The translations under genes were made by a program, and so were the position numbers. A stretch of DNA of 64,000 nt. Origin: Fidelibacterota bacterium (GTDB taxonomy: Bacteria; Fidelibacterota; UBA2242; B5-G15). Under the pieces are notes generated by a model that worked only from the letters and a program-made list of their open reading frames with translations, made no database searches and was not told the DNA's origin. The stretch lies in contig JACDNV010000006.1 of the NCBI GenBank assembly GCA_017656425.1, positions 42,542-106,541 on the forward strand, in the 5' to 3' direction. Position 1 is the first letter of the stretch; the number at the start of each line of letters is the position of its first letter. Below are positions 15,534-26,022 of this stretch, in pieces.

Positions 15534-17369
15534 ATGGGTAAGATTAATTTTTTAGAATATTTAAAAGACAATACAGTTCTCTTCGATGGAGCTATGGGAA
15601 CAATGCTATATTCTAAGGGAATTTTTATAAACAGATGCTTTGATGAGGTAAACTTAAGCAATCCTGAGCTTGTAAAAGAAATACATAGCGAATATATAAA
15701 GGCAGGGGCAGATGCAATCGAAACAAATACTTTCAGTGCAAACAGATATAAACTCGCAAAATTCGGACTTGTAGACAAACTATATGAAATAAATAAAAGA
15801 GGAGCAGAGATTGCAAAAGAAGTTGCACAAGATGATACCTGGATTGCAGGATCTATCGGCCCTCTTGGTGTAAAAATAGAACCAATAGGGCCTACACCTA
15901 TCGATGAGGCAAAAGATGCTTTTAAAGAACAGATAAAAGCACTAATTGATGGTGGCGTAGATTTACTTATTTTTGAAACCTTCTACGATGTAAATGAAAT
16001 TCTGCAGGCAATCTCTATTGCAAAAGATTTAACTGATATCCCTATTATTGCTCAGATGACAGTGAATGAAGACGGTAATACTCACTATGGGACACCCTCT
16101 GAGGTATTTACAAAAAAACTTGAGGAGGCTGGTGCTGATGTAATCGGAATCAATTGTAGTGTTGGTCCTCAACCAATGCTTGAAGTTGTCAAACGGATGC
16201 TAAAGGTTACCAAAAAACCTATCTCCGTACAGCCAAATGCCGGAGTCCCAAGGAATGTAGATGGAAGAAACATTTACCTTGTCTCACCTGAGTACATGGC
16301 AGAATACGCAAAAAGATACGTCAATATGGGCGCAAAAATTGTAGGTGGTTGTTGCGGTACCACTCCCCAACATATAAAGGAGATGAGAAAAGCAATTCAT
16401 TCACTAATACCAAGGAAAAGGTTTGTGGAAATTACTGAGGTCAAAAAGGAGATAGCAAGACTGAAGCCTGTACCACTCGAGCAAAGATCAAATTTCGCTA
16501 AAAAATTAAAACAGGGGGAATTTGTAACCAGTGTCGAGATGGTACCCCCAAAAGGTATAAACTCAGAAAAGGAAATTGAAAAGGCAAAAAGATTAAAAGA
16601 GGCAGGTGTTGATGCAATAAACATTCCCGATGGTCCAAGGGCTCTTGCAAGAATGGGAGCAAGTTACCTTGCAAAAATTTTACAGGATGAAGCAGGGATA
16701 GAAACCATACTGCATTATACCTGTAGAGATAAAAATCTCCTTGGGATAATGTCGGATTTACTTGGTCTCCATTCAATAGGAATTAGAAATCTTTTAATAA
16801 TAACGGGTGATCCACCAAAGATGGGAGATTATCCTGATGCCACAGCAGTATTTGATGTAGATTCAATTGGGCTTGTAAATATAGCTAAAAATTTGAACAT
16901 GGGAATAGATATTGGTGGAAATTTCATCGGTTCTCAAACTGAATATTTCATCGGTGTCGGAGTCAATCCCGGAGCTGTAGGTCTGGACTATGAACTCGAA
17001 AGATTCGGATGGAAAATAAAAGCCGGTGCAGAATTTGCAATTACCCAACCCGTATTCGATCTGGACACATTTTATAATTTCTATAAAAGAATAGAGAATT
17101 ATAAAATACCAATCATCGCAGGTGTCTGGCCACTTGTAAGCTATAAAAATGCCGAATTCCTGAACAACGAAATACCTGGCATTACCATACCAGACGATAT
17201 TATGAAAAGAATGAAAAATGCCGAAACTAAAGAGGAAGCTTTAGAAATAGGGCTCCAGGAAGCCATAAAAATAATTAAAAACATCAGAGAAATTGTTCAC
17301 GGCGTACAGATTTCAATGCCTTTCGGAAGAGTTGAAATCCCAATTAGAATCTTAGAAGAGATTATTTAA
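15534..17369 (+). CDS. bifunctional homocysteine S-methyltransferase / 5,10-methylenetetrahydrofolate reductase
   Basis: 611 aa. The N-terminal Hcy-binding domain (FDGAMGTML...GADAIETNTF...GCCGTTP) is fused to an MTHFR-like C-terminal domain (FVTSVEMVPPKG...HYTCRDKNLLG...ITGDPP). SD GGAGG is 8 nt upstream. Confidence 0.8.
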   Translation: MGKINFLEYLKDNTVLFDGAMGTMLYSKGIFINRCFDEVNLSNPELVKEIHSEYIKAGADAIETNTFSANRYKLAKFGLVDKLYEINKRGAEIAKEVAQDDTWIAGSIGPLGVKIEPIGPTPIDEAKDAFKEQIKALIDGGVDLLIFETFYDVNEILQAISIAKDLTDIPIIAQMTVNEDGNTHYGTPSEVFTKKLEEAGADVIGINCSVGPQPMLEVVKRMLKVTKKPISVQPNAGVPRNVDGRNIYLVSPEYMAEYAKRYVNMGAKIVGGCCGTTPQHIKEMRKAIHSLIPRKRFVEITEVKKEIARLKPVPLEQRSNFAKKLKQGEFVTSVEMVPPKGINSEKEIEKAKRLKEAGVDAINIPDGPRALARMGASYLAKILQDEAGIETILHYTCRDKNLLGIMSDLLGLHSIGIRNLLIITGDPPKMGDYPDATAVFDVDSIGLVNIAKNLNMGIDIGGNFIGSQTEYFIGVGVNPGAVGLDYELERFGWKIKAGAEFAITQPVFDLDTFYNFYKRIENYKIPIIAGVWPLVSYKNAEFLNNEIPGITIPDDIMKRMKNAETKEEALEIGLQEAIKIIKNIREIVHGVQISMPFGRVEIPIRILEEII

Positions 17370-17501
17370 CATCCCCAAACGAAATATAAAAGTACATAAA
17401 AAATAATTCCCGCCAGTAATAGCAATATTGCAGTTTGCATTCCAGGAGAAATTTTAAACTTCCTTCTCTTCTTTTTCTTTACCAATCTGAGGTTTTTTTC
17501 T

Positions 17502-18065
17502 TCAGCCATTTTTACTACCATCTTTTATTGTATTTTTTATCATTTTTAAAAGCTGGCTACTAATATACACAAATAATATCCCTATAAAATATCCTGCGAA
17601 AACATCAAGAGGATAATGTACCCCGAGGTAAATCCTGCTAAAACCAACCAATAAGATTATAAGAATAAGCAGAATTTTTATAATAAAATTGAAATGAAAA
17701 ATAAATGGTACCGTTAAAGCTGTTACATTTGCTGCATGGTTCGATGGGAAACCATATTTACCACCCCTCTTCCCTCTAACTATCGCAGAAGGATACCCAT
17801 GTGATGGTCTTAATCTTTTTATAGATGGCTTTAATACTCTTGCACAGAAGATGTCTGATAGAGAAACTGATATTATTGTTACTAAGATGGTATATCTAAA
17901 CCTCTTTCCAAATTTTAAAATACCATAAATTATAAAAAACAGCATAACAGGAATCCAGAAAACCGGGTTTGAAAAAACAGGCATAATAAAATCAAAGAAA
18001 GAACTTGATAAGCCTCTATTTATCAGACTAAATAATTTTTTATCTAATAAAATTACTTTACTCAT
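17502..18065 (-). CDS. PAP2-family phosphatase (undecaprenyl-diphosphatase/PgpB-like)
   Basis: PAP2 motifs KPSIKRLRP, PSNHA and SRIYLGVHYPLD, plus several TM helices. Confidence 0.75.
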   Translation of the reverse strand: MSKVILLDKKLFSLINRGLSSSFFDFIMPVFSNPVFWIPVMLFFIIYGILKFGKRFRYTILVTIISVSLSDIFCARVLKPSIKRLRPSHGYPSAIVRGKRGGKYGFPSNHAANVTALTVPFIFHFNFIIKILLILIILLVGFSRIYLGVHYPLDVFAGYFIGILFVYISSQLLKMIKNTIKDGSKNG

Positions 18066-18230
18066 AAAAATTAAAATTCCATTGATTTTAAATTATAAAA
18101 TATGACAAAGGAAAACAAACTATTTATTACATATTTAACCCACCAGATAGCTTTTTCACTTTTATTTTATCAAAAACAATTTATATTTTTTCAAGTTGAC
18201 AAACGTTAAAATTTTCAAAAGGAGGAGAAA

Positions 18231-18650
18231 ATGAAATCATATACTAAGTATATCACAGTAAACACCCCCACAAGACGAGCATTTATCAATATAACTCCAG
18301 TGGTTGAAAAAGCTGTTGAAGAAAGCGGTGTGAAAGAAGGACTGTGTCTTATTAATGCGATGCACATCACAGCCAGTGTTTTTATTAACGATGATGAAAG
18401 AGGTTTACATCAGGACTTTGAAAGATGGCTTGAAGGACTTGCTCCCCATGAACCAATAAGTAGATATATGCACAATCGTACAGGGGAAGATAATGGTGAT
18501 GCTCACCTGAAAAGAACAATTATGGGCAGAGAAGTTGTCGTTGCTATAACAAACGGTAAACTCGATTTTGGTCCCTGGGAGCAAATCTTTTATGGTGAAT
18601 TTGATGGCTGTAGACCAAAACGATATTTGATAAAAATAATTGGCGAATAA
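18231..18650 (+). CDS. YjbQ/UPF0047 family protein (secondary thiamine-phosphate synthase-like)
   Basis: 139 aa matching the YjbQ consensus: ...[23 protein letters not shown]...WL..LAP......Y.H...[13 protein letters not shown]....[22 protein letters not shown]. Confidence 0.75.
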   Translation: MKSYTKYITVNTPTRRAFINITPVVEKAVEESGVKEGLCLINAMHITASVFINDDERGLHQDFERWLEGLAPHEPISRYMHNRTGEDNGDAHLKRTIMGREVVVAITNGKLDFGPWEQIFYGEFDGCRPKRYLIKIIGE

Positions 18651-19641
18651 GTATGAGGCTAAAATGAGTAAAATTAGATTGGGTATTGTAGGCTCAGGTA
18701 TAGTTGTAAAAGAGTTCCACTATCCAGCACTTAAGGAGCTAACAGACTTATTTGAAATAACTGCTGTAACATCTCGAACAAAGAAAAATGCCGTAGCACT
18801 TGCTAAAACGGTAGGCACTGCCCAGGTATTTGATAACATGGAAGAAATGCTCAAATCAGGATTGGTAGATGCTGTTGATCTTGCACTACCTGTTAACTTA
18901 AACTATGAATTCATTAAAAATGCTATCAAATACAACGTTCATGTAATTTGCGAGAAACCAGTAGCCCACAACTTAGAATACGGGGAAAAAATTGTTGAGT
19001 TATCCCAAAAAACAGATAAAGTAATTTATATAGCTGAAAACTATCGGCATTTTAAATCATTTCACAAGGCTAAAGAATTAATCAAACAGGATAAAATTGG
19101 CAATCCATTACACCTGTCATGGATAATCTTTAACGGATTGGATATAAACAACCCATATGCAAAAACTGCTTGGCGCAAGATGCCCAAACACTTAGGTGGA
19201 TTCATCTCCGATGGAGGTGTACACAATGTAGCATCTATGCGATTGATTCTAGGAGAAATAAAAAATGTTAAAGCTATAACTAAAAATATATCAGGCTATC
19301 TCGGTGGATATGACTTCATTACTTCGGTATTTGAATTTGAAAGCGGCGCAACAGGGCATTATACCGTTTTTTATAGTCTAAACAGTGAAGAAGAATTTTT
19401 AATATTTGGCGACAGGGGGACACTGAAAATTGGCTATGATTACCTGCAATTCAATGATGATTTAATCAAATTTCCGGAAGAGACCTTTGAAAATTCCTTT
19501 AATTATGAATTTATAGACTTTTATAAAATCGTAACCGGGCAGAAACCAAATGACCTTGGTTCCCCCATGGAAGCTTTAAAAGACCTTGAGTTTTTTGAAA
19601 AAGCACTGTCAGGTAAAAATAAACAAGAAAGAGAACAATGA
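18640..19641 (+). CDS. Gfo/Idh/MocA family oxidoreductase
   Basis: N-terminal Rossmann [19 protein letters not shown]..., an EKP motif (HVICEKPVA) and a C-terminal alpha/beta domain. Confidence 0.75.
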   Translation: MANKYEAKMSKIRLGIVGSGIVVKEFHYPALKELTDLFEITAVTSRTKKNAVALAKTVGTAQVFDNMEEMLKSGLVDAVDLALPVNLNYEFIKNAIKYNVHVICEKPVAHNLEYGEKIVELSQKTDKVIYIAENYRHFKSFHKAKELIKQDKIGNPLHLSWIIFNGLDINNPYAKTAWRKMPKHLGGFISDGGVHNVASMRLILGEIKNVKAITKNISGYLGGYDFITSVFEFESGATGHYTVFYSLNSEEEFLIFGDRGTLKIGYDYLQFNDDLIKFPEETFENSFNYEFIDFYKIVTGQKPNDLGSPMEALKDLEFFEKALSGKNKQEREQ

Positions 19642-19801
19642 AAAAAATTTATCTCGTACCTATAGTTTTAATTTTCCTCTTAACAAAAACTTCAGCTACC
19701 GAATTTGTAACTGCATATTCAGATGGCATGATGCTAAACTTCAGAGGAATTGAAAAAGTTTTAAAAGATGAAATGAATTTTATAAAAAGGAGTTAAAAAT
19801 A

Positions 19802-20449
19802 ATGAAAAATTCTCTGTTCACTATTTCCTTAATGTTTTCATTTATTTTAATGTTTACTCTTTGCTCCAGAAACCCGCTAAAAATTGTTGCCTTCGGTGAT
19901 TCAATCACTGCAGGAACATACCTCAATGGGAAAAGCTGGGTTTATCACCTAGATAAGCAAAATGACAAAATCACAGTTGTAAATGCAGGCAGAAATGGTA
20001 GAAAAACCTCAGACAAACATGAATTAATTCCTGTGATTCAAAATAACAAAGACACCGATATTTTTATGATATTCCTCGGAGTAAATGATCTTAAGGATGG
20101 GAATGACTCACTTGTGGAAAATTGTGTAAATAATGTAAGCTGGATGATAGATATGCTAAAGCAATCAATACCCGATGTTAAAATCTATCTTCTATCTCCC
20201 TGCGATATAAACCTTGAAACCATGTCTGAATTAAATAAACAGAAAAAATATAATCAGAACACAAAGAATTCTTTATACAAACTGAATAAAGAATATGAAA
20301 AGCTTGCAAAAAGAAAGAAAGTAGAATTTATCTCGCTGTTAAAATCAGTATCAACGCAAAATTATACCGATGGATTGCATCCAGATTCAAATGGTCAAAC
20401 GGAAATAGCAAATACAATCTGGGAAAGATTAAAATGTTGCGTAAAATAG
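19802..20449 (+). CDS. SGNH/GDSL hydrolase family lipoprotein
   Basis: Lipobox LMFTLCS. Block I IVAFGDSITAG, block III GVNDL and block V DGLHPD. Confidence 0.7.
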   Translation: MKNSLFTISLMFSFILMFTLCSRNPLKIVAFGDSITAGTYLNGKSWVYHLDKQNDKITVVNAGRNGRKTSDKHELIPVIQNNKDTDIFMIFLGVNDLKDGNDSLVENCVNNVSWMIDMLKQSIPDVKIYLLSPCDINLETMSELNKQKKYNQNTKNSLYKLNKEYEKLAKRKKVEFISLLKSVSTQNYTDGLHPDSNGQTEIANTIWERLKCCVK

Positions 20450-21180
20450 TTGTAATTTCACCTGTATATAACGAAGAGAAGTACTTACTTGAATATTATA
20501 AAGCTATAAGAAAGAATTATTTGGGACCCATCCTGTTCGTTGACGATGGGTCTACAGATTTTTCTTCTAAAATTTTAAAAGAAATATGTAATTTAGACAC
20601 CGACTGCGATTGCATCCGACACCCTTCGAGAAAAGGTTATGGAGCTGCCCTCATAACAGGCTTCAATTATTCTTTAAAAGATAAATTTAACATAGTTGTG
20701 ACAGTTGATGTAGACCTGCAACATGATCCAAAATATCTACCTGTATTTATCGATAAGCTAAATGAATATGATGTTGTACTTGGTTCACGATACCTGCAGA
20801 TAGGAAGCTGTCTTAATATACCCAAAGACAGATTAATAATTAATAGGTATATTTCAAGAGTCCTGGAAATAAAGCTTAATAAAAAATTTTCCGATCCCTT
20901 TTGTGGATTTCGTGGCTATAAAACCAATTTTCTTAAAAATGCTAATTTAAAAGAAAATAGCTACGGTATAGCTCTTGAAATATTATTTGAAATAGTAAGA
21001 CAAAAAGTAAATTATGTGGAAATTCCCATTGAGGCTATTTATCATGATATGAATCGAAAATTCCTTGATGGGCTGGACAATCCCAGAAATAGATTATTGT
21101 ACTATTTAAACATTATACAAAGAAAGCTTGAGGAAATCTATGAAAAGCAGAATAATGATAATAAGTCCACATCCAGATGA
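20434..21180 (+). CDS. family 2 glycosyltransferase (polyprenol-phosphate sugar transferase, DPM1/GtrB-like)
   Basis: VISPVYNEEKYL...FVDDGSTD...VVTVDVDLQHDP...LGSRY, the typical GT2 Dpm1-like pattern. Confidence 0.75.
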   Translation: MLRKIVVISPVYNEEKYLLEYYKAIRKNYLGPILFVDDGSTDFSSKILKEICNLDTDCDCIRHPSRKGYGAALITGFNYSLKDKFNIVVTVDVDLQHDPKYLPVFIDKLNEYDVVLGSRYLQIGSCLNIPKDRLIINRYISRVLEIKLNKKFSDPFCGFRGYKTNFLKNANLKENSYGIALEILFEIVRQKVNYVEIPIEAIYHDMNRKFLDGLDNPRNRLLYYLNIIQRKLEEIYEKQNNDNKSTSR

Positions 21181-21825
21181 TGCCGAACTGGGAATGGGAG
21201 GAAGTATTATTAAATTTATAGATCAGGGGCATGAGGTAATTGTAGTTGATATGACCAGTGGAGAGCCAACCCCCTGTGGCACCCCGAAAAAAGGAAGAAG
21301 GAGACAATGGAAGCTTCAAAGATTCTCGGTCTAAAACGGAGAATCAATCTTGGACTTGAGAACAGGTATCTTATAGACTCTAAAGAAACCAGAATAAAAG
21401 TTGCCGAACAAATAAGAATTTTCAAACCGGATATATTATTTTGCCCTTACTATCAGGACGCACACCCGGATCACATAGCAACCCATTCAATAGTAAAAAG
21501 TGCAAGATTTTACTCAAAATATACCAGAACCGATATGAGTGGTGAACCACATTATGCATCTAATTTAATTTTCTATTTTTGCACTCATCTAAGAATAAAT
21601 CATCCATTCAGTTTCTTGATTGATATTTCAAAATATTTTTCCAAAAAAATAAAATCAGTCGCCTGCTACCGGTCACAATTTATAGAAAATATAAAAAACA
21701 GGGGCATATTCAGGTCAATATCTTCACAAAACAGTTACTGGGGATCTTTAATCAGAGCAAAGTTTGCTGAAGCTTTCTATTCCGAGGAAGCGCTCAAAAT
21801 AGAAGATATTGACACAATCTTATGA
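21128..21825 (+). CDS. PIG-L/LmbE family N-acetylglucosaminyl deacetylase, interrupted by a 1-nt frameshift in an A6 run (21287-21292)
   Basis: ORF 21128..21334 has IISPHPDDAELGMGGSIIKF...VVVDMTSGEPTP, and ORF 21307..21825 continues with ...EASKILGLKRR...HPDH.... Adding one A to the gaaaaaagg run gives a continuous ...TPKKRKKETMEASKILGL... protein. Confidence 0.7.
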
Positions 21826-22835
21826 AGAAAAAACTTCTTAAACCGCCCGATAACGACAAATCAATCTTAATGATCCCTGAATACAATATGATAAAAAACT
21901 GGTTAGCTAACTATGATAGAATAATAACAAGCCATCAGCCATACTTCTTCAATCCAGGTGTCTCACTGAAATTTTTATTTTTAGACCTTATAGAAGCTAA
22001 AAATAAGAAAATTATATTCCTTGACACTGATACAATTAAACTCGTCGTCAAAATACCAATAGATCAAACTAATACAATTGCGTTCACACTGGTAAATAGT
22101 CAGGAAATAATGGATAACTTCAAAACACCTGATATCTCATATATAAAAAAATTCCTGGTGGAAATTGAAGAGATACTTGAAAATCACACAAGTATATATA
22201 ACTTCTATATCAACAATTTTAAAAGATTTAAAAATATATTTATTGAAAATTCAAAAAAATACTCGTTTTTAAAAGATGTCCTTGTCGAATCATTTCTTGA
22301 ATATTACAGGATAAATCTACCTGTAGAATTTTTTAGCAATATAATTAAAAACCCTGGCTACGAAAACTTTACTGAATATATAATAAAAAACCATAATTCC
22401 TTCAGAAAGATTTTTAATGAATCATTAGATATATATAAAAAAGAATACAGGTTCAGATTTAAAAATTTTCCTTATCCAAAGCTTGATGAAAATGAGTTGC
22501 CTTTCTGGATTTTAAAAGGAAATAATAGGCAGAGATGCTTTATAAAGGACATTGATAAAGATGTAATTTTACTACCCAGAAGTGTTCTTATAACAACCTA
22601 CATGAGATTATATATAACAGATATTTTCATCCATGGAACAGGCGGAGCAAATTATGAACCTCTACACGACTGGATCATCACTAAATTCTTCAAATTTTCG
22701 CCTAAACCATACTGCATTATTAGTGGCACCTTCTACATCAGTAATATTCCTTTTCGGGACATACCCTACTTCCTTATTAGTCCCGAAGAAATTAGATCTA
22801 CCCTATCTTCAGTGATAAAGGAATCCAACCACTAA
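21822..22835 (+). CDS. hypothetical protein
   Basis: 337 aa ORF, translationally coupled to the deacetylase gene (ATGA overlap). No recognised motifs. Confidence 0.3.
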   Translation: MKKKLLKPPDNDKSILMIPEYNMIKNWLANYDRIITSHQPYFFNPGVSLKFLFLDLIEAKNKKIIFLDTDTIKLVVKIPIDQTNTIAFTLVNSQEIMDNFKTPDISYIKKFLVEIEEILENHTSIYNFYINNFKRFKNIFIENSKKYSFLKDVLVESFLEYYRINLPVEFFSNIIKNPGYENFTEYIIKNHNSFRKIFNESLDIYKKEYRFRFKNFPYPKLDENELPFWILKGNNRQRCFIKDIDKDVILLPRSVLITTYMRLYITDIFIHGTGGANYEPLHDWIITKFFKFSPKPYCIISGTFYISNIPFRDIPYFLISPEEIRSTLSSVIKESNH

Positions 22836-22930
22836 ATAAATAATATCACCGCTTAATAAAATTAAATTGAAGATATAATTCAAATAGGTATAATTAATAA
22901 TCGAATGTGAATTTGATAAAAACTGAATAA

Positions 22931-23434
22931 TTGGAGACTAACATGAAAAAATATATATGTAAATATTACTTTACCATTACTTCTAACCGTTTTTTATTTT
23001 GCCGAAGAAATAGATGCCATTGTAGCTCACAAGACTGCAGTGGGAATTATACATCTATTCAAGAGGCACTTAACGAAGCTCCTTCAAATACCGATGATTA
23101 TTATGTAATCCTTATTAAAAATGGAATATATGAGGAAAAAATATTCATCGAACGAAGCAAAATTATTTTAATTGGAGAAGGTAGAGAAGGTACTATTATA
23201 ACACAATCTATTGCCAGAGCATACTGGAAGCAGGAACACAATTCTGATTGGGGTGCAGCCACCATTAATATAAAAAAACAAAGAGTATCCACCCTTGTAA
23301 ATAGTTTCCAAAATTCCGGATCATATAAATACATTTTCAATGCGTATAAGAAAAATCTTAATAGTGGCATATACCTTGTATCTATTAACACTGAGATGGG
23401 CACAAAAAGCATTAAAATTCCATTTATAAAATAG
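22931..23434 (+). CDS. pectinesterase-like protein (N-terminal region only; probably truncated)
   Basis: TSIQEALNEAPSNTDDYYVILIKNGIYEEKIFIERSKIILIGEGREGTIIT matches the pectin methylesterase N-terminus (TIQ.AidaaP......yvI.ik.GvY.EkV.i...K..i.l.GeG...TiIt). At 167 aa it is about half the normal length. Confidence 0.45.
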   Translation: METNMKKYICKYYFTITSNRFLFCRRNRCHCSSQDCSGNYTSIQEALNEAPSNTDDYYVILIKNGIYEEKIFIERSKIILIGEGREGTIITQSIARAYWKQEHNSDWGAATINIKKQRVSTLVNSFQNSGSYKYIFNAYKKNLNSGIYLVSINTEMGTKSIKIPFIK

Positions 23435-23444
23435 GAGGGGTAAA

Positions 23445-25340
23445 ATGCCAAGGAATCTATCAATCATTTTTATTTTAACTTTTTTCTTAAACCTCCTAGT
23501 TGGGAATGAGATAATCATTCAAGAATATGAAACTGGCTTTTGTTCTGTCGACGGCTCCATTCAGACAAGTGTCCGAGGATATACAGGTGATGGATACGCC
23601 GATACCGATAGAGGCATTGGGAAAAGCGTCAGTTGGAGTGTATATATAACAAAGGCAGGGACGTATTATCTTAAATGGAGATATGGCAATGGCGGTGGCA
23701 GTGGTGATCGTCCGGCCAAGCTACTTATAAATTTGCAAATAGCGATTGATACCGTGAACTTTGCCCATACCGGCACCTGGGATAACTGGACTATATCAGA
23801 TAGCGTAAGTGTAACCTTAACAGAAGGCTACAACAATATAAGACTGGAGGCATACTCCCAAGATGGACTTGCAAATATTGACTACATCTCAATTTCTGGC
23901 GAAGGTGTACAACCAATCGATTGTGTAAATATCTATACATTGAAAGTTAGCCAGAATATTGAAGAAGGTGGTATAGTATCATATGAACCGGTCAGGGATT
24001 ATTATGAAGAAGGGACAATGATCATATTAACTGCTATTCCAAACCCGGGATACTTTTTCCAGAGCTGGTCGGGTGATGTAACTTCTGCTGATAGTATTTT
24101 TTCTTTTAAAATAAACAAAAATGTCACTGTTGAAGCAATTTTTCTGCCTATCGGGACAAAACCCGACCCTGAATTAGTCGGTTATGCGACAGTACAGGAT
24201 GACAATGGTACCCCATACTATACCATCGGAGGCATGTTGGGAGATAGTGTATTTGTCAATAGTATTGATCAACTCGAGTACTATCTATCACACCCTGATC
24301 CCTATATTGTATCATTCTCTGAACATTTTATAGGTGAAGGAGAAATATCTGTATCATCAAACAAAACTATAATAGGTATCGGTGATAATGCACACCTTGA
24401 GGGGATTGGTCTTTCAATAAACAGAGCTCGAAACGTAATTATAAAAAATATAAAGGTCTCCCATGTCCATCCAAAAGATGCGGTTGAAATTAATGGTGCA
24501 TCTAAAAACATCTGGATTCATAAATGCAAATTCTTCTCAGATAGAGAACATGATAAGGATTATTATGATGGTCTGCTTGATATAAAAAACCAGTCATCAT
24601 TCATAACGGTTTCCTGGTGCAAATTCCATGACCACTATAAAACCATTCTTATTAGTTCTGGAGATCAGCAGGTAGCTGATACCTTAATAAGAGTCACTTT
24701 CCACCATAATTATTTTTATAATTGTGAATCAAGACTACCATCGATAAGATTTGGGAAAGCCCATATATTTAATAATTATTATAAAAACTGTGGTACGGCA
24801 ATTAATTCCAGGATGGGTGCATGCGTAAGAATTGAGAGGAATTACTTTTTTAACGTAGGAACAGCTGTAATGATGGCATATAGTCCAAAAAAAGGTACCG
24901 TAGAATTAATAGATAATTATTTTGGAAACAGCAACTATTCTTCAACACCATCATGTCAACTCGAAGTGCCATACGAGTATGAACACATACTCGACAATAC
25001 AGAGGATATTCCAGCTTTAATTGTAGGTGATGTGGCAATTGATGATAATAATACAACCATGTTGAAACAATTAGAATTAAATGCCTACCCGAATCCCTTT
25101 AATAAGAATTTAAAAATAGAATATACTGTTCCTGAACAAATATTTGTAAAAATTGAAATCTATGATATTCTAGGTAGAAAAATTATGGATATCGTTAATG
25201 GAAAAAGGAATGCAGGAAAATATACACATATATGGAATGGTAAGAATTATTATGGCAAAGAAATAGAATCAGGAATTTACTTTATTATTTTAAACACAAA
25301 CAAAAACAAAATCTATAGGAAGGTACTCTTTATAAAATAG
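23445..25340 (+). CDS. T9SS-secreted pectate lyase (PL1) with N-terminal CBM6/35-like module and C-terminal Por sorting domain
   Basis: Signal peptide present. The CBM6/35-like module has YTGDGYAD...ANIDYISI. The PL1 core has ...GIGLSINRARNVIIKNIKV...DGLLDIKNQSSFITVSWCKFHDHYKTILIS...RLPSIRFGKAHIFNNYY. The CTD is AYPNPFNKNLKIEY...SGIYFIIL. Confidence 0.8.
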   Translation: MPRNLSIIFILTFFLNLLVGNEIIIQEYETGFCSVDGSIQTSVRGYTGDGYADTDRGIGKSVSWSVYITKAGTYYLKWRYGNGGGSGDRPAKLLINLQIAIDTVNFAHTGTWDNWTISDSVSVTLTEGYNNIRLEAYSQDGLANIDYISISGEGVQPIDCVNIYTLKVSQNIEEGGIVSYEPVRDYYEEGTMIILTAIPNPGYFFQSWSGDVTSADSIFSFKINKNVTVEAIFLPIGTKPDPELVGYATVQDDNGTPYYTIGGMLGDSVFVNSIDQLEYYLSHPDPYIVSFSEHFIGEGEISVSSNKTIIGIGDNAHLEGIGLSINRARNVIIKNIKVSHVHPKDAVEINGASKNIWIHKCKFFSDREHDKDYYDGLLDIKNQSSFITVSWCKFHDHYKTILISSGDQQVADTLIRVTFHHNYFYNCESRLPSIRFGKAHIFNNYYKNCGTAINSRMGACVRIERNYFFNVGTAVMMAYSPKKGTVELIDNYFGNSNYSSTPSCQLEVPYEYEHILDNTEDIPALIVGDVAIDDNNTTMLKQLELNAYPNPFNKNLKIEYTVPEQIFVKIEIYDILGRKIMDIVNGKRNAGKYTHIWNGKNYYGKEIESGIYFIILNTNKNKIYRKVLFIK

Positions 25341-25386
25341 CCCTCAAATAATAAAAACATTAATTATAAAAGGGGTCATCGATTAT

Positions 25387-26022
25387 CTATGCCTTTTCTA
25401 AAATTTTAAGAGCTTCTTTACATCTATTCTTAATTATATTCCACTTGTGTGCCGATATATCCTCCTTTTTTGCTATCCAGGTACCGCCCACAGCCAGTAC
25501 AACATTGCAAGACAGATAATCTTTCAAATTACCAGTATTTATGCCACCAGTGGGAATGAATTTAACCCCTGTATGCTTATAGGGAGCTGACATACTTTTT
25601 AAATAATTCACACCACCTGCTACCTCAGCGGGAAAAAACTTTAAAATGTTCAAACCATAACTTAAAGCTAACTCTACATCTGATGGAGTCATAACCCCGG
25701 GCATAAAATTAAATCCCAGCTTCAAAGCTTCCTCCACAACATTTCTGTTTAAACCAGGTGCCACAGCAAAGGAAGCACCACTATCAATTGCCCTCTTTAA
25801 GTTATCCACTGTTAGAACCGTCCCAGCACCAATAATCATCTCTGATCTTTCCCTCTTCAATATTTCAATAACCTTTCCTGCTGCGGCAGTTCTAAAAGTA
25901 ATCTCTATGATTGGCAATCCTCCCTCAATAAGACTATCCGCAAGCGTAAGTGCATCATCTGCATTTTCAATCGCTATCACGGGTACTATTCTGTATTTTT
26001 CAATTTGCTCTTTAATATTCAT
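25387..26022 (-). CDS. eda: 2-dehydro-3-deoxyphosphogluconate (KDPG) aldolase Eda
   Basis: 211 aa with ...VPVIAIENADDAL.LA..L..GG...IEITFRT.AA..VI..L.......IIGAGTVLT.......ID.GA.F.V.PG... and ...IPTGGIN..N...YL. Confidence 0.8.
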   Translation of the reverse strand: MNIKEQIEKYRIVPVIAIENADDALTLADSLIEGGLPIIEITFRTAAAGKVIEILKRERSEMIIGAGTVLTVDNLKRAIDSGASFAVAPGLNRNVVEEALKLGFNFMPGVMTPSDVELALSYGLNILKFFPAEVAGGVNYLKSMSAPYKHTGVKFIPTGGINTGNLKDYLSCNVVLAVGGTWIAKKEDISAHKWNIIKNRCKEALKILEKA

